DNA of 64,000 bases from an uncultured Methanosarcinales archaeon (GTDB lineage Archaea; Nanobdellota; Nanobdellia; Woesearchaeales; GW2011-AR15), in assembly GCA_964552005.1 (NCBI GenBank), contig CAZKFC010000001.1:109934-173933 (forward strand), written 5' to 3'. Under the pieces are notes generated by a model. The model had not been told where the DNA came from and ran no database searches. It saw only the letters and a program-made list of their open reading frames with translations. Shown piece after piece: positions 1 to 9,453 of this stretch. The position numbers and the translations under genes were made by a program. How positions within the stretch are numbered: position 1 is the first letter of the stretch; each line of letters begins with the position of its first letter.

Positions 1-9
1 ACTCTTGGT

Positions 10-615
10 TTGCTTGCTTTAATTTTCCTTATTAAATTTATTTTAGATGCACAAGATGATGATAAAAAAAGAGCAATGTTAATTGATTTACTTCTAATCT
101 TAATAATTATTATCTTAGGATTAGTAGTTGTAACTTTATGTTTTAACACATTTAAAACTAAAATTGGCTTAGAGTATCAAAACAAGATAAATGAAACACA
201 GAACCAATGTTTAACATATTATGATGAAGGCATATGTAAATCTAGTTATTATATTAAATTTAATGAAGATTCTAAATTTAAACTAGATTTGTCTGATTGG
301 TTCTATGATCCTGATAATGATGAATTACATTATAGTGCGAGCGAAGTTGATAATATTAAATTAAAAAGAACTAAGAGTGTTGTTACATTGATCCCAGAAA
401 AGAATTGGCATGGTACAGAAGAAATTATATTTTATGCAGATGATAGAAAAGGCGGGACTGCAGAATCCAGAAAATTTTATATCCATGTTTTGGATAAAAA
501 AGAATTTTTTGTACAAGACTTTGTACTAGATTACCATGTTTATTTATTTGTTGGGATTGGACTTATTTTACTATTGGTCATTCTGTTTTTGATATCTCTT
601 ATTCTTATAGATTAA
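10..615 (+). CDS. Hypothetical membrane protein with TM helices at both the N- and C-terminus. The true start may lie upstream of the window.
   Basis: ORF track; hydrophobic N- and C-terminal segments; no recognisable catalytic motif. Confidence 0.35.
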   Translation: MLALIFLIKFILDAQDDDKKRAMLIDLLLILIIIILGLVVVTLCFNTFKTKIGLEYQNKINETQNQCLTYYDEGICKSSYYIKFNEDSKFKLDLSDWFYDPDNDELHYSASEVDNIKLKRTKSVVTLIPEKNWHGTEEIIFYADDRKGGTAESRKFYIHVLDKKEFFVQDFVLDYHVYLFVGIGLILLLVILFLISLILID

Positions 616-1751
616 CCAATAATTTCTTTAACAGCGTATATGAATAAGCCAGAACTCCATGCAAAGGGAGATTCTGCTTTATAAAAAAATCTTTTTACTG
701 GTCCGTTTTTGTCATACACTTCATAAACATGTCTGTGCTTAATAATTAATGAAGAAATCTTGTCTAATAATTCAATTGCTTTTTTTTTCATGCCCAATTT
801 ATTTTTTGCTAATGCATTTATACACCCGAGCCATAGCCATGACAATCCGTTATGATAATCTTTCAACCCAAGTAATTTTGTTTGCAATGAAACATAATTA
901 TCAGGATAATTAGGATGAACACATTGCGATGGAATTTCGTTAATATCAAATATATGGGATGCTTCTTCAATATGGCGTGCTTTTTCCTTATCAGCAATAT
1001 CCCATAAAATAGCTAAGATATTGCCGTCTGTGGAAAAATAATTATACCTTTTATTACTATCAATCCAGTCTAAATAATGTTCTCCACTCCAAAATAATTC
1101 ATTAATTTTATTCTTTACTTTTTTGTGCAGATTAAGATAAGTCTTACTTTTGTTTTTATCACCACTTTTTTCATAAACTTTTGAAATACAGTACAAAGCA
1201 TGACAATGACACACGTTTGTGTAGAGAACTTTCCCTTTTTTCTTTATGCTGTCTGCCCAGTTGCAATATTCATTCTCCTCTATAAGCAAATCTTTGTCTT
1301 TGTCATTTAGAAAATTCCACTTCATTACTTTTTCAACTTTTTCAATATTATTTGCTAAGAACTTTTTATCTTTTGTAGCTTTCATATATTCATATAAAGA
1401 AATAATAAAAAGGCTGTTCTGATCAACTGTTTTTTTATGTGATTTATCTGTCTTATACACAGCTTTTCTCTTTCCCAAATTAAATCCATAAAAAGAGAAG
1501 ACAATGCCAAGCGAATTTTTACCTATCCTTAGCGGAATTTGTCCTTCTGCATTTATATTTCTTAAAAATAGTTTAAGGTTCTGCCTTACAATATCATAAT
1601 CTTCCTTTACTAAACTACCGTAGCTAGCAAAAAACGAGTCACGCGCCCAATAATCTTTGAAATGATGCAGACCAGCAAAAATGCCTTCTTTAGAGTAACA
1701 CGCTCTTAAATTATCAGAGGCAATTTTTAATGCCTGATTAATATTATTCAT
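612..1751 (-). CDS. (alpha/alpha)6-barrel glycoside hydrolase, amylo-alpha-1,6-glucosidase/GDE_C-like. The likely true start is the internal Met of MNNINQALK.
   Basis: The GLHHFKDYWARDS motif and overall similarity to glycogen-debranching/GH63-like six-hairpin glycosidases; the N-terminal 66 aa of the listed ORF are Cys/Phe-rich junk, so the start was trimmed. Confidence 0.5.
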   Translation of the reverse strand: MNNINQALKIASDNLRACYSKEGIFAGLHHFKDYWARDSFFASYGSLVKEDYDIVRQNLKLFLRNINAEGQIPLRIGKNSLGIVFSFYGFNLGKRKAVYKTDKSHKKTVDQNSLFIISLYEYMKATKDKKFLANNIEKVEKVMKWNFLNDKDKDLLIEENEYCNWADSIKKKGKVLYTNVCHCHALYCISKVYEKSGDKNKSKTYLNLHKKVKNKINELFWSGEHYLDWIDSNKRYNYFSTDGNILAILWDIADKEKARHIEEASHIFDINEIPSQCVHPNYPDNYVSLQTKLLGLKDYHNGLSWLWLGCINALAKNKLGMKKKAIELLDKISSLIIKHRHVYEVYDKNGPVKRFFYKAESPFAWSSGLFIYAVKEIIG

Positions 1752-1839
1752 AAATATACTTTTATTATAAGCATTTTTATATTTTTGCACAAAATTTTTA
1801 AATATATCAATTCTATATACTTGTATAGGGGGTTTTAAC

Positions 1840-2103
1840 TTGGATTTTGATAAATTAATGGAATACCAGAACTTACTGCAGCAAAGATTAAGAAAGGAGC
1901 AGCAGGTTGATAAGAAAATTGAATTACTTACTATAATAAACCACCTTACCATGGGGCCAAAAAATATTGTCCAGAAAGAACAGATAATGATAGAGGCTGT
2001 TTCTCGAGGGTTTTCTGAGAGTGAAGTTGATAAATTACTTGATCAGTTAATAAAAGAAAACATAATTTATGAATCTTCTCCAGGTTACATCAAAAAAAGA
2101 TGA
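1840..2103 (+). CDS. Small hypothetical protein, possibly winged-helix-like
   Basis: 87-aa ORF only; no motif. Confidence 0.25.
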   Translation: MDFDKLMEYQNLLQQRLRKEQQVDKKIELLTIINHLTMGPKNIVQKEQIMIEAVSRGFSESEVDKLLDQLIKENIIYESSPGYIKKR

Positions 2104-2165
2104 AATCTTTTTTTGGGCTTTAAAAATTAATAAAATTTTTAAAATATTAAAAAAAGGTGATTATT

Positions 2166-2879
2166 ATGACAGAAGCATTATACATGGATGATTCTTATTT
2201 AAAAGAGTTTGAAGCAATAGTAAAAACAGTTAGTAATGGTAAATACATTGTTTTAGATAAAACTGCTTTTTTTCCTAAAGGCGGCGGTGTTGAATGGGAT
2301 ACAGGTGTTATGGTACGCAAGAAAGATAATAAAGAATTTAAAGTTATCTATGCAGGTAAATTTAAGGGAGAGATTAGCCACGAAGTTGATCAAGAAGGCT
2401 TAAAAGAAGGTGATGATGTCCATTGTAAAATTGATTGGAACAGGCGCTATAAATTAATGAGGTATCATACAGCTACACATGTTTTTACCGGTATTTTATT
2501 TAAAGACTATAATCTTAAGGTTACAGGCAACCAATTGACAACAGAGAAAGGCAGGGTTGATTTAAATATGGAAACCATGGACGTTAGTTTATTAAAAGAG
2601 GCTATTGAAAAATCTAATGACATAATAAAAAAAGACTTGCCTGTTGAGATTTATTATGTGAGCAGGAAAGAAGCAGAAAAGCATCCTGACCTGTTTAAAT
2701 TGGCCATAGGATTTCCACATGATATTGATAAAATTAGGATTGTTGATATAAAAGGATTTGATAAACAGGCAGACGGGGGCTGCCATGTTAAATCATTAAA
2801 AGAAATTGGTAAATTAGTGTTTAAGGAAGCTGTTAATAAAGGCAAGCAGAATAGGAGGGTTTATTTTACAGTTGAATAA
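2166..2879 (+). CDS. alaX: AlaX-type alanyl-tRNA editing protein (tRNA synthetase class II second additional domain)
   Basis: The HTATHV ... GGCHV zinc-binding motifs typical of AlaRS/ThrRS editing domains; an ATG start with GGTGA 7 nt upstream (the listed ORF starts at an upstream GTG). Confidence 0.75.
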   Translation: MTEALYMDDSYLKEFEAIVKTVSNGKYIVLDKTAFFPKGGGVEWDTGVMVRKKDNKEFKVIYAGKFKGEISHEVDQEGLKEGDDVHCKIDWNRRYKLMRYHTATHVFTGILFKDYNLKVTGNQLTTEKGRVDLNMETMDVSLLKEAIEKSNDIIKKDLPVEIYYVSRKEAEKHPDLFKLAIGFPHDIDKIRIVDIKGFDKQADGGCHVKSLKEIGKLVFKEAVNKGKQNRRVYFTVE

Positions 2880-2926
2880 TTTTTTTTGAACCAATATCTT
2901 TAAAAACGTTTGTTTCTCAAGTAGAT

Positions 2927-3586
2927 ATGATGAAAAAAATTGAGGTTTATGTTAAAGAAGCCTTAAAGAAAGGATATTCTTCTGATCAAATAGAATCAAA
3001 GCTAATTGAATCAGGATATCCTGTGAAAACTGCTAAATCTCTTGTTAATAAATATATTAAAAAACCAATTAGTTTTAAACATCTAATTTTTATTTTGGCT
3101 CCAATAGTTCTTATCATTATAATTTCCGCTCTTTTATTTAAGCAAACAGAGATAGAATCTAATACACAAACCGATGAAATAATAAGTCCAGGACTATATC
3201 TAATTGATAAGGATAGGTATGTTGTGGTTTATCCAGAATCTTGTCTGGTTGAAGAATCTCTTAACAGAATTAATTGTCTTTCTGAAGAAAATAATGTGAA
3301 TTTATCAGAATATTCTTTTTGTGGATTATATGTTGGGAAACATGTTTATGAAAATATGAATCTTGATTCAGGCATGATTGTAGGGGATATAATAACTGCT
3401 GCAAATGAATTAAAAATGAATGAGGAGCTAGATTTTTGGGATTTTTTATCTACAAAACAACCAGGGGATAAAGTCATGCTTACAATAAAAGATAAGGGAG
3501 ATATTGAGATAGAAATATATAAGTCATTATCTTCACAAAAGAATACAATTGGATATTCACTTTCTAGTCTTTTGTGCAAGGAATAA
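2927..3586 (+). CDS. Membrane-anchored protein with a C-terminal PDZ-like domain
   Basis: N-terminal TM; C-terminal GMIVGDIITAANE...GDKVMLTIKDKGDIEIE resembles a PDZ fold. Confidence 0.4.
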   Translation: MMKKIEVYVKEALKKGYSSDQIESKLIESGYPVKTAKSLVNKYIKKPISFKHLIFILAPIVLIIIISALLFKQTEIESNTQTDEIISPGLYLIDKDRYVVVYPESCLVEESLNRINCLSEENNVNLSEYSFCGLYVGKHVYENMNLDSGMIVGDIITAANELKMNEELDFWDFLSTKQPGDKVMLTIKDKGDIEIEIYKSLSSQKNTIGYSLSSLLCKE

Positions 3587-3589
3587 TTT

Positions 3590-4215
3590 ATTATTAGCGA
3601 GCGAGTTTTAGCTCGCTAAGGGGTTTAAAACCCCGCACTTTAGTGCGAGTTCTAGAAAGTTTTTATAGCGGCTTCGCCGCAGTATATATTGCGGACGAAG
3701 TCACGCTGTATAACAACATAGATAGCGTGAGCTTTGCTCCGTGGAGGAGCAAAAATGCAAATAAGCACAACATTGAGACGATACAGCCACAAAGTTGGTT
3801 TAAATTTTTGGCACTTTGAATGGTGTACAAAGTACCGCTATAATATGATGAAGCGAACGGAGATTAAAAATCTTGTGCAAGCAAGCATATTGAAAAGTGC
3901 AAAAGAGCATAATATAAAGATTCACATAATTAAGGTACTGCCTGAACATGTTCATCTTTTGGCAAGCCTGCCAAAAGGAATGCTTGATTCACAAGCATTA
4001 AGATTATTGAAAGGTAGGTCTGCTTATCTGATTTTTAGGAACAGAAAAAACATGAGATTAAGATATCCACGAGGAAATTTCTGGGTAGCAGGAGCATTTT
4101 CTGTAACAGTTGGATATAATGACTTAGACTCAATGGCAAATTACATAGAAAATCAAGAACTTCATCATGGGTTAGCCAGCACTTAGCTGGAAACCCCACA
4201 CTTTTGTGTGGGGAG
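3590..4215 (+). mobile_element. IS200/IS605-family insertion sequence carrying TnpA only (no TnpB). It is bounded by GC-rich subterminal hairpins.
   Basis: Y1 HUH transposase ORF flanked by stacked imperfect palindromes: 3597-3730 (agcgagcgagttttagctcgct; ggggtttaaaacccc; gcggcttcgccgc; ggagcaaa/gctcc) and 4170-4215 (ccagcacttagctgg; ccccacacttttgtgtgggg). Local GC content is clearly higher than in the surrounding AT-rich DNA. Confidence 0.75.
3755..4186 (+). CDS. tnpA: IS200/IS605 family Y1 (HUH) transposase TnpA
   Basis: The HVHLL HUH motif and a conserved Tyr near the C-terminus (NYIENQ); length about 143 aa; GGAGGAG RBS 5 nt upstream of the ATG. Confidence 0.85.
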   Translation: MQISTTLRRYSHKVGLNFWHFEWCTKYRYNMMKRTEIKNLVQASILKSAKEHNIKIHIIKVLPEHVHLLASLPKGMLDSQALRLLKGRSAYLIFRNRKNMRLRYPRGNFWVAGAFSVTVGYNDLDSMANYIENQELHHGLAST

Positions 4216-4219
4216 GATG

Positions 4220-4495
4220 TCATATTTTTATTAATTTTAGTTTTTTGAGTTTCATAATAAAATTAATTAAATCTTTATGGACTATGCTATCCTCAATTTC
4301 AAATTGTTGGCTAAGTTTTTTTTTAATTTTATTTAATGAGGTTTTTCCATCTATTAAATTCCAAATTAGTGAACCCAGAGAATTCAGCTGATAAAATGTC
4401 TGATTTTTAGTGTTATATATTAATACTTCTGTATCAGCATATTCATACACCACATCCTCTATAATAACAGGAACAATACTTGTTTTGGAATTCAT
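4220..4495 (-). CDS. PqqD-family RiPP recognition element (RRE) protein
   Basis: 91 aa; the pattern VLIYNTKNQTFYQLNSLGSLIWNLIDGKTSL...DLINFIMKL matches the PqqD/RRE consensus (YxLNxxGxxIWxLxDG). Confidence 0.7.
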   Translation of the reverse strand: MNSKTSIVPVIIEDVVYEYADTEVLIYNTKNQTFYQLNSLGSLIWNLIDGKTSLNKIKKKLSQQFEIEDSIVHKDLINFIMKLKKLKLIKI

Positions 4496-5511
4496 GTTTT
4501 ACATTTCTTTTTAAATCTTAGTAACAAACTTAGTTTATATAAATTATACAATTTTAAGTGAATTGGACACATTCTTATTTGAGTAATAAATCTTTGATTT
4601 TTATTAGGATAATACTTATTAAAAATATAATTTATATTAATAAACTTAAGTGCATTTTTGATTCTTTTTTTACTGTTTTTCTCTAAATTTGAAAAAACAA
4701 AATCTGGAATATTGGTATTAAAATATTTTTTCATAAAACTAAGACCTAATAATACAACATCATTTGTCCCGTACTTAATTGATTTTTGTATTAGTTTTCT
4801 CCAATTAATTTTCTTTTTTTTAATTATTAATTTTATGTCAATAAAATTACGGAGATAATAACTAACTTGTTGGTAAAACAGTGAAGATAATGAAATAATA
4901 ATCATATCTTCAAAACATGGCACACAATATGATTTACTAAGCTTTTTATTATTTAGTATGTCTTCTGTTTTGATAGTAAAAGGATTGCCCTTTTCCAAAA
5001 CATCCCAATGCACTTCTACTAACACTTTACCATATTTTGTTTTTTTTGAAAAGGGCAAATGATGAGAATAATTTTTCCAGTAATTTGAGTGGATGTCATG
5101 TAACTTTTCTTCACAGTATCCTTCTTTTCGTAGTATCTTTTTAATAAGTACTAAATTCTTTTTTTTAATCAATAGATCAATGTCCCGAAGTACTCTTAAA
5201 TTTATTGGAGTATAAATCGTATTTAGAAGACTTACTCCCTTTATGAAAACATAATTGATTTTGTTTGTTTTTAAGTGATGAGCAATTTTTTTTGATTCTC
5301 TTAAAAGAAGTATATTAATCTGCAGATTTTTTATTGCCTCTTTTTTAAATTTTGTTTTAACTTCACTATCAGTAATTTTTTCTCCAAGAAGACCGTATAT
5401 GTATGATCCTATCATATTGTTTGATGAAAACACTATTAATTCTTGCCAATTAATTTTATCTTTAATTCTTTTAGGTGAATTTATTATATTCAGAACTGTT
5501 TGATAATTCAT
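4492..5511 (-). CDS. Uncharacterised nucleotidyltransferase (NTP_transf_5/PF14907-like), the type found in lasso-peptide and other RiPP clusters
   Basis: Size and motifs (IKGVSLLNTIY...RVLRDIDLL); 4-nt overlap with the PqqD-like gene. Confidence 0.55.
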   Translation of the reverse strand: MNYQTVLNIINSPKRIKDKINWQELIVFSSNNMIGSYIYGLLGEKITDSEVKTKFKKEAIKNLQINILLLRESKKIAHHLKTNKINYVFIKGVSLLNTIYTPINLRVLRDIDLLIKKKNLVLIKKILRKEGYCEEKLHDIHSNYWKNYSHHLPFSKKTKYGKVLVEVHWDVLEKGNPFTIKTEDILNNKKLSKSYCVPCFEDMIIISLSSLFYQQVSYYLRNFIDIKLIIKKKKINWRKLIQKSIKYGTNDVVLLGLSFMKKYFNTNIPDFVFSNLEKNSKKRIKNALKFININYIFNKYYPNKNQRFITQIRMCPIHLKLYNLYKLSLLLRFKKKCKT

Positions 5512-5551
5512 ATTACAAAAGATTGATAGTTAAAATAAATAGCTTTTGGTA

Positions 5552-6397
5552 TTAGATTATTTTTTTCAATATGTTCTCTTTATAAGGAAAATGTAGTTCA
5601 TAACAAGATATGTGATTACAAAAATCAATAGCTTTTTTAATGGCAAATTTTTGTAATTGAGTTTTATTTTTGAAATGAACAGACATTGATACAAACTCAT
5701 TTTGGAGTAGCATTGGAACACTTTCTGTAAATCCCAATCTTTTTTTGGATAATTTTGTAGATTGTTTAATAAAAAAAATCTTTGATATTTTACTTTTTTT
5801 GATATCTGGTCGTACAGACCCACCGAAAGGTGTGGCAAAAGAGTAGTAGATATTGTTAATCTTTCTTATAGCAATAAATTCATCACCCTGTGTGGTAAAT
5901 CCGGTTTTTTTGGCAAATTCTGCTAAAGTTGTTTTTCCACTTCCAGGAAGACCAGAAAAGAGGTTAGACTTTTTATTATATATTATTGATGAACTATGAA
6001 GTAAAAAACCATCTTTTTGAAGTAGAAATATTGCATAAGCAGATCTTACTATATTTCTAATTATGAGAGGAAATTTCCCATATTTTGCAGGAAGCTTGTA
6101 TTCATAATCAGAACCCAGTTTTCCATTGAACAAAGTTGACTCTAATAAATATATATTTTGATTTTCAATAATCTTAATTTTATTATAAACCACTTCATTT
6201 TTCTTTTCATTTAGTACAATATTATTCACATTTTTGTTGTTATTTTTTAATACAATATTTAAATCTGCAGTTCTGCTTTTTACATTATATTCTTTAAAAA
6301 TATCTATACAATCTTCGGACACAGAAGACGGCAAATTTAATTTAATAATGTGATTAAATATAGCAAAGTAAAACTCTTTTGTCATATTAGAATCCAA
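5552..6397 (-). CDS. HPr-kinase/phosphorylase-like P-loop serine kinase, of the RiPP-associated kinase type
   Basis: Walker A motif SGLPGSGKTTLAEF followed by GDEFIAI, comparable to the HprK C-terminal domain (GxSGxGKS...ADD). Confidence 0.6.
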   Translation of the reverse strand: MDSNMTKEFYFAIFNHIIKLNLPSSVSEDCIDIFKEYNVKSRTADLNIVLKNNNKNVNNIVLNEKKNEVVYNKIKIIENQNIYLLESTLFNGKLGSDYEYKLPAKYGKFPLIIRNIVRSAYAIFLLQKDGFLLHSSSIIYNKKSNLFSGLPGSGKTTLAEFAKKTGFTTQGDEFIAIRKINNIYYSFATPFGGSVRPDIKKSKISKIFFIKQSTKLSKKRLGFTESVPMLLQNEFVSMSVHFKNKTQLQKFAIKKAIDFCNHISCYELHFPYKENILKKII

Positions 6398-6420
6398 GAA
6401 TGTAACTACAATCTTAAATA

Positions 6421-6498
6421 TTATGTTGTTCTTGCATCTAAAATTTCAATTTTATCTAATTTTTTTATTTTAGGGGCCATATATTTATTTTTTTTCAT
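6421..6498 (-). CDS. Candidate 25-aa precursor/leader-type peptide MKKNKYMAPKIKKLDKIEILDARTT. It was found by hand and is below the ORF-track size cut-off.
   Basis: ATG ORF lying in the 145-nt gap between the adenylating enzyme and kinase genes, on the same strand. A TATA-like tttataaag sits about 27-34 nt upstream. The peptide has a C-terminal Thr-Thr. Confidence 0.2.
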   Translation of the reverse strand: MKKNKYMAPKIKKLDKIEILDARTT

Positions 6499-6542
6499 GA
6501 ATCATACATAATCATAATTACTTTATAAATGTTTTTTTAAAT

Positions 6543-7832
6543 CTATTTTTTGACTTTGGAAATAATTGATCGTTTTTTGTAATCTGTTTTTTTTGGTACT
6601 CCAGAGGTAATATTTATTTTTATTTCAAGGGCAGGTCCAAAAAAAGACATTAGTGCTTTTTTTGCTTTTTCGAGTTTAATCTTGGATTTGTTATTGAATT
6701 TTTGGGATTTTATTATGTTTATTAGTATCTTATCTTTTTTTTCCTGAATTATTTCAAATTGTTTAATCCCATTTAAAGATCTTAGGTGCCAAGATGGGAT
6801 TCTGTTTGGAGATATTTTTCTGTTATTTGGTAAAATAAATATATCATCTTTTCTTCCTGTTAATTGCTTTAATAATGGCCAAGTTCTACCACAGTAACAT
6901 CTTTTGCTAATAGGTATGCCTAAATCTCCCAAATCATATCTAATCAAAGGCATTGCATAATTATAAAGATTTGTTATAACTATGTGTCCTTCTTTGTTGG
7001 ACTCAATTTCATTTCCTTCAGAATCAAGAAACTCCACAATACAACCATCCGTGATTATGTGGAGACCATTGTGTTTTTCACATTCAAAAGCAATTCTTGA
7101 TACTTCAGCGGCCCCATAGATATTAAATATCTTATTACCAAAAAATTTTGTTAATTTTCTTCTTTCAATTAAAGTAATTACCTCACCATGAAGAGAGATT
7201 GTTCTTGGCTTTTTGATTTTTATATTATTTTCTTGTAGATAAGTAATAAATTCAATAAGAAATGAAGGAGAACTTGCAATATGTTTTGGTGATATTTTTA
7301 TATATTCTCTAACAACATCTTCTAATGTATCTGAGATATCAAGGTCATACCTTTTAAAAATTCCAAATTTAGATAACAATGACTTTTTTGTATTTGGTTC
7401 AGGGATATGAAATCTTATAGTTTTATCTAGTAGAGATCTTCCCTGTTCTAATGCCACATATAGAATTAAAGCGTTATTATAATCAATTTCTTTTTTTGTA
7501 GTGAGGATTTTTAATGGTTTGCCTGTAGAACCCGAAGTAAAAATTATTTCATGTTTTTTTCTTAATTTTTTTTTTGAAATTATAGATTCATAATTTTCTT
7601 GAATATCTTCTTTTTTTGTAATTGGAATTTTTTTTAAATCGTTTTTTGTTCTTATATCTCTTGGGGATATGTTGTTATCGTTAAAGAGCTTTCTGTAATA
7701 AGGAACATTATTATAAGAATAGTGAATTAAATTTTTTAATTTCTCATTTTGAATTTTTTCCAACTTTTCAAGATTAAATCTTTGATGTAGCTTTAGTTTT
7801 AGTAAATAGTAGAGAGTTTTTATAATTGCCAT
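6543..7832 (-). CDS. Adenylate-forming enzyme of the phenylacetate-CoA ligase / coenzyme F390 synthetase / CapK family
   Basis: The FTSGSTGKP AMP-binding motif, the N-terminal YYRKLF region and the C-terminal YDLGD region are typical of COG1541. Confidence 0.7.
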   Translation of the reverse strand: MAIIKTLYYLLKLKLHQRFNLEKLEKIQNEKLKNLIHYSYNNVPYYRKLFNDNNISPRDIRTKNDLKKIPITKKEDIQENYESIISKKKLRKKHEIIFTSGSTGKPLKILTTKKEIDYNNALILYVALEQGRSLLDKTIRFHIPEPNTKKSLLSKFGIFKRYDLDISDTLEDVVREYIKISPKHIASSPSFLIEFITYLQENNIKIKKPRTISLHGEVITLIERRKLTKFFGNKIFNIYGAAEVSRIAFECEKHNGLHIITDGCIVEFLDSEGNEIESNKEGHIVITNLYNYAMPLIRYDLGDLGIPISKRCYCGRTWPLLKQLTGRKDDIFILPNNRKISPNRIPSWHLRSLNGIKQFEIIQEKKDKILINIIKSQKFNNKSKIKLEKAKKALMSFFGPALEIKINITSGVPKKTDYKKRSIISKVKK

Positions 7833-7893
7833 ATCACCTTTTTATCTATATTATTAAAAAAATATTTAAGAATATATAAAATCATCTAGATTA

Positions 7894-9453
7894 ATGAAAA
7901 CTATTCTTATCTGTTTTGACGATGTAGGTTCGATCTCTGTTAGGTTATTGCATGCTTTCTTAGATAAAAAGGAACACGATGTTACCTCTGTTTTTCTAAT
8001 TGATGTTTCAAAACCAATTGATTATAATTTTTTTGTTAAAACAATCAAGAATTATAATCCAGGTTTAGTTGCTATTCAGGTTTTATCTAATTATGTTAAG
8101 CTTTCTGAAAAAATTACCAAAAAGATAAAAAAAAATATTGGGTGTCACGTGCTGTGGGGAGGTCCACATCCAACCATAAATCCACACACTAGCTTGAAAT
8201 ATGCAGATTTTATTTGTGTTGGTGAAGCTGAATATGCTATTAGTGAACTAATCACCTTAATGCAACAAAATAAACCAATTTATACTATCAAAAATATTGG
8301 TTATAAAAAAAATAATAAGAAATACATAAACCCTTTGCGACCCTTGATACAAGATTTAGATAGGTTGCCTTTTCCAGATTTTTCCGATAAAAAGAAAGTC
8401 TATATCTACAAAAATAAGATTTTTAAGACCCCACCAATAGATAGCTTGGAATACTACTATAAGTTCAATTATCCAATTATCACTTCAAGAGGATGCCCCT
8501 ATAATTGTACTTATTGTGGTAGTTATAATTTGAAGAAAATATATGGGAAAACATATCATGTGAGAAGAAGGGGCGTTAAAAATGTGATTGAAGAACTTAA
8601 ACTTGCCAAAAAGATGTTTCCTTCTATTGTAAAAGTGGCTTTTGTTGATGATGTTTTTACCTTAGATATTAAGTGGCTTAAGAAGTTTTGTAAAGAATAT
8701 AAGCATAATATAAATTTGCCATTTTATTGTCATCTACATACTAAAATGGCTGATGAGGAAAAATTAAAATTAATTAAAGAAGCTAATTGTGTAAATGTAG
8801 GTTTAGGAATCCAATCAGGCTCCGAAAAAATACGAAAAGAAATATTTCACAGATTTGAATCAAATAAAGAAATATTCCAAGTTTCAGATTCTTTAAAAAA
8901 TAAAAAAATAAAGGTGGTGTATGACGTTATTGTTGATAATCCTTATGAAGAATTTGAAGAATATATCTCATCTTTAAGTCTTTTTTTTAAACTTAAAAAA
9001 CCCTTTACCATTAGACTATTTAGTTTGGTGTTCTATCCAAATTTTGAGTTAACATTAAAAGCATTAAAAGATAAAAAAATTTCAATAAAAAACGTTGTAG
9101 GATATAGTAATAATGTTGTTTATCATGGTATGCGATCGAAATATTCTAAAAAAAGTATGTTTATCTATAGTTTATATTCTCTTCTTGGTAAATATTACAT
9201 CCCAAATAAATTTATTAAATTTATTTCACAATCAAAGTACTTAAGAAAAAATCCAAAAGGTTTGTTTTGGTTGACAAATATTATTACAACCACACACTAT
9301 ATTTATAGTTTATTTATTGGATTGATATTTAATTTTATTAAATTACCTAAAAGAACCTTATCTATGATACTAAGAATTTTAAGTAACTTTGTAAATCAAA
9401 AAGTATTTCCATTTATTCATTTACCATATATCTATGAAGAAGAAAAACCATAA
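7894..9453 (+). CDS. B12-binding (class B) radical SAM enzyme
   Basis: N-terminal cobalamin-binding Rossmann segment (ILICFDD...) followed by the radical SAM cluster motif CPYNCTYC. Confidence 0.8.
   Translation: MKTILICFDDVGSISVRLLHAFLDKKEHDVTSVFLIDVSKPIDYNFFVKTIKNYNPGLVAIQVLSNYVKLSEKITKKIKKNIGCHVLWGGPHPTINPHTSLKYADFICVGEAEYAISELITLMQQNKPIYTIKNIGYKKNNKKYINPLRPLIQDLDRLPFPDFSDKKKVYIYKNKIFKTPPIDSLEYYYKFNYPIITSRGCPYNCTYCGSYNLKKIYGKTYHVRRRGVKNVIEELKLAKKMFPSIVKVAFVDDVFTLDIKWLKKFCKEYKHNINLPFYCHLHTKMADEEKLKLIKEANCVNVGLGIQSGSEKIRKEIFHRFESNKEIFQVSDSLKNKKIKVVYDVIVDNPYEEFEEYISSLSLFFKLKKPFTIRLFSLVFYPNFELTLKALKDKKISIKNVVGYSNNVVYHGMRSKYSKKSMFIYSLYSLLGKYYIPNKFIKFISQSKYLRKNPKGLFWLTNIITTTHYIYSLFIGLIFNFIKLPKRTLSMILRILSNFVNQKVFPFIHLPYIYEEEKP

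Noticed and set aside
2592-2845. Two minus-strand ORFs inside the AlaX-like gene
   Set aside because: They are antisense to a CDS with clear HxxxH/CH zinc motifs.
3734-4186. Upstream TTG start for tnpA (MLRGGAK...)
   Set aside because: The extra N-terminal residues are a translation of the GGAGGAG ribosome-binding site itself. The ATG at 3755 is the real start.
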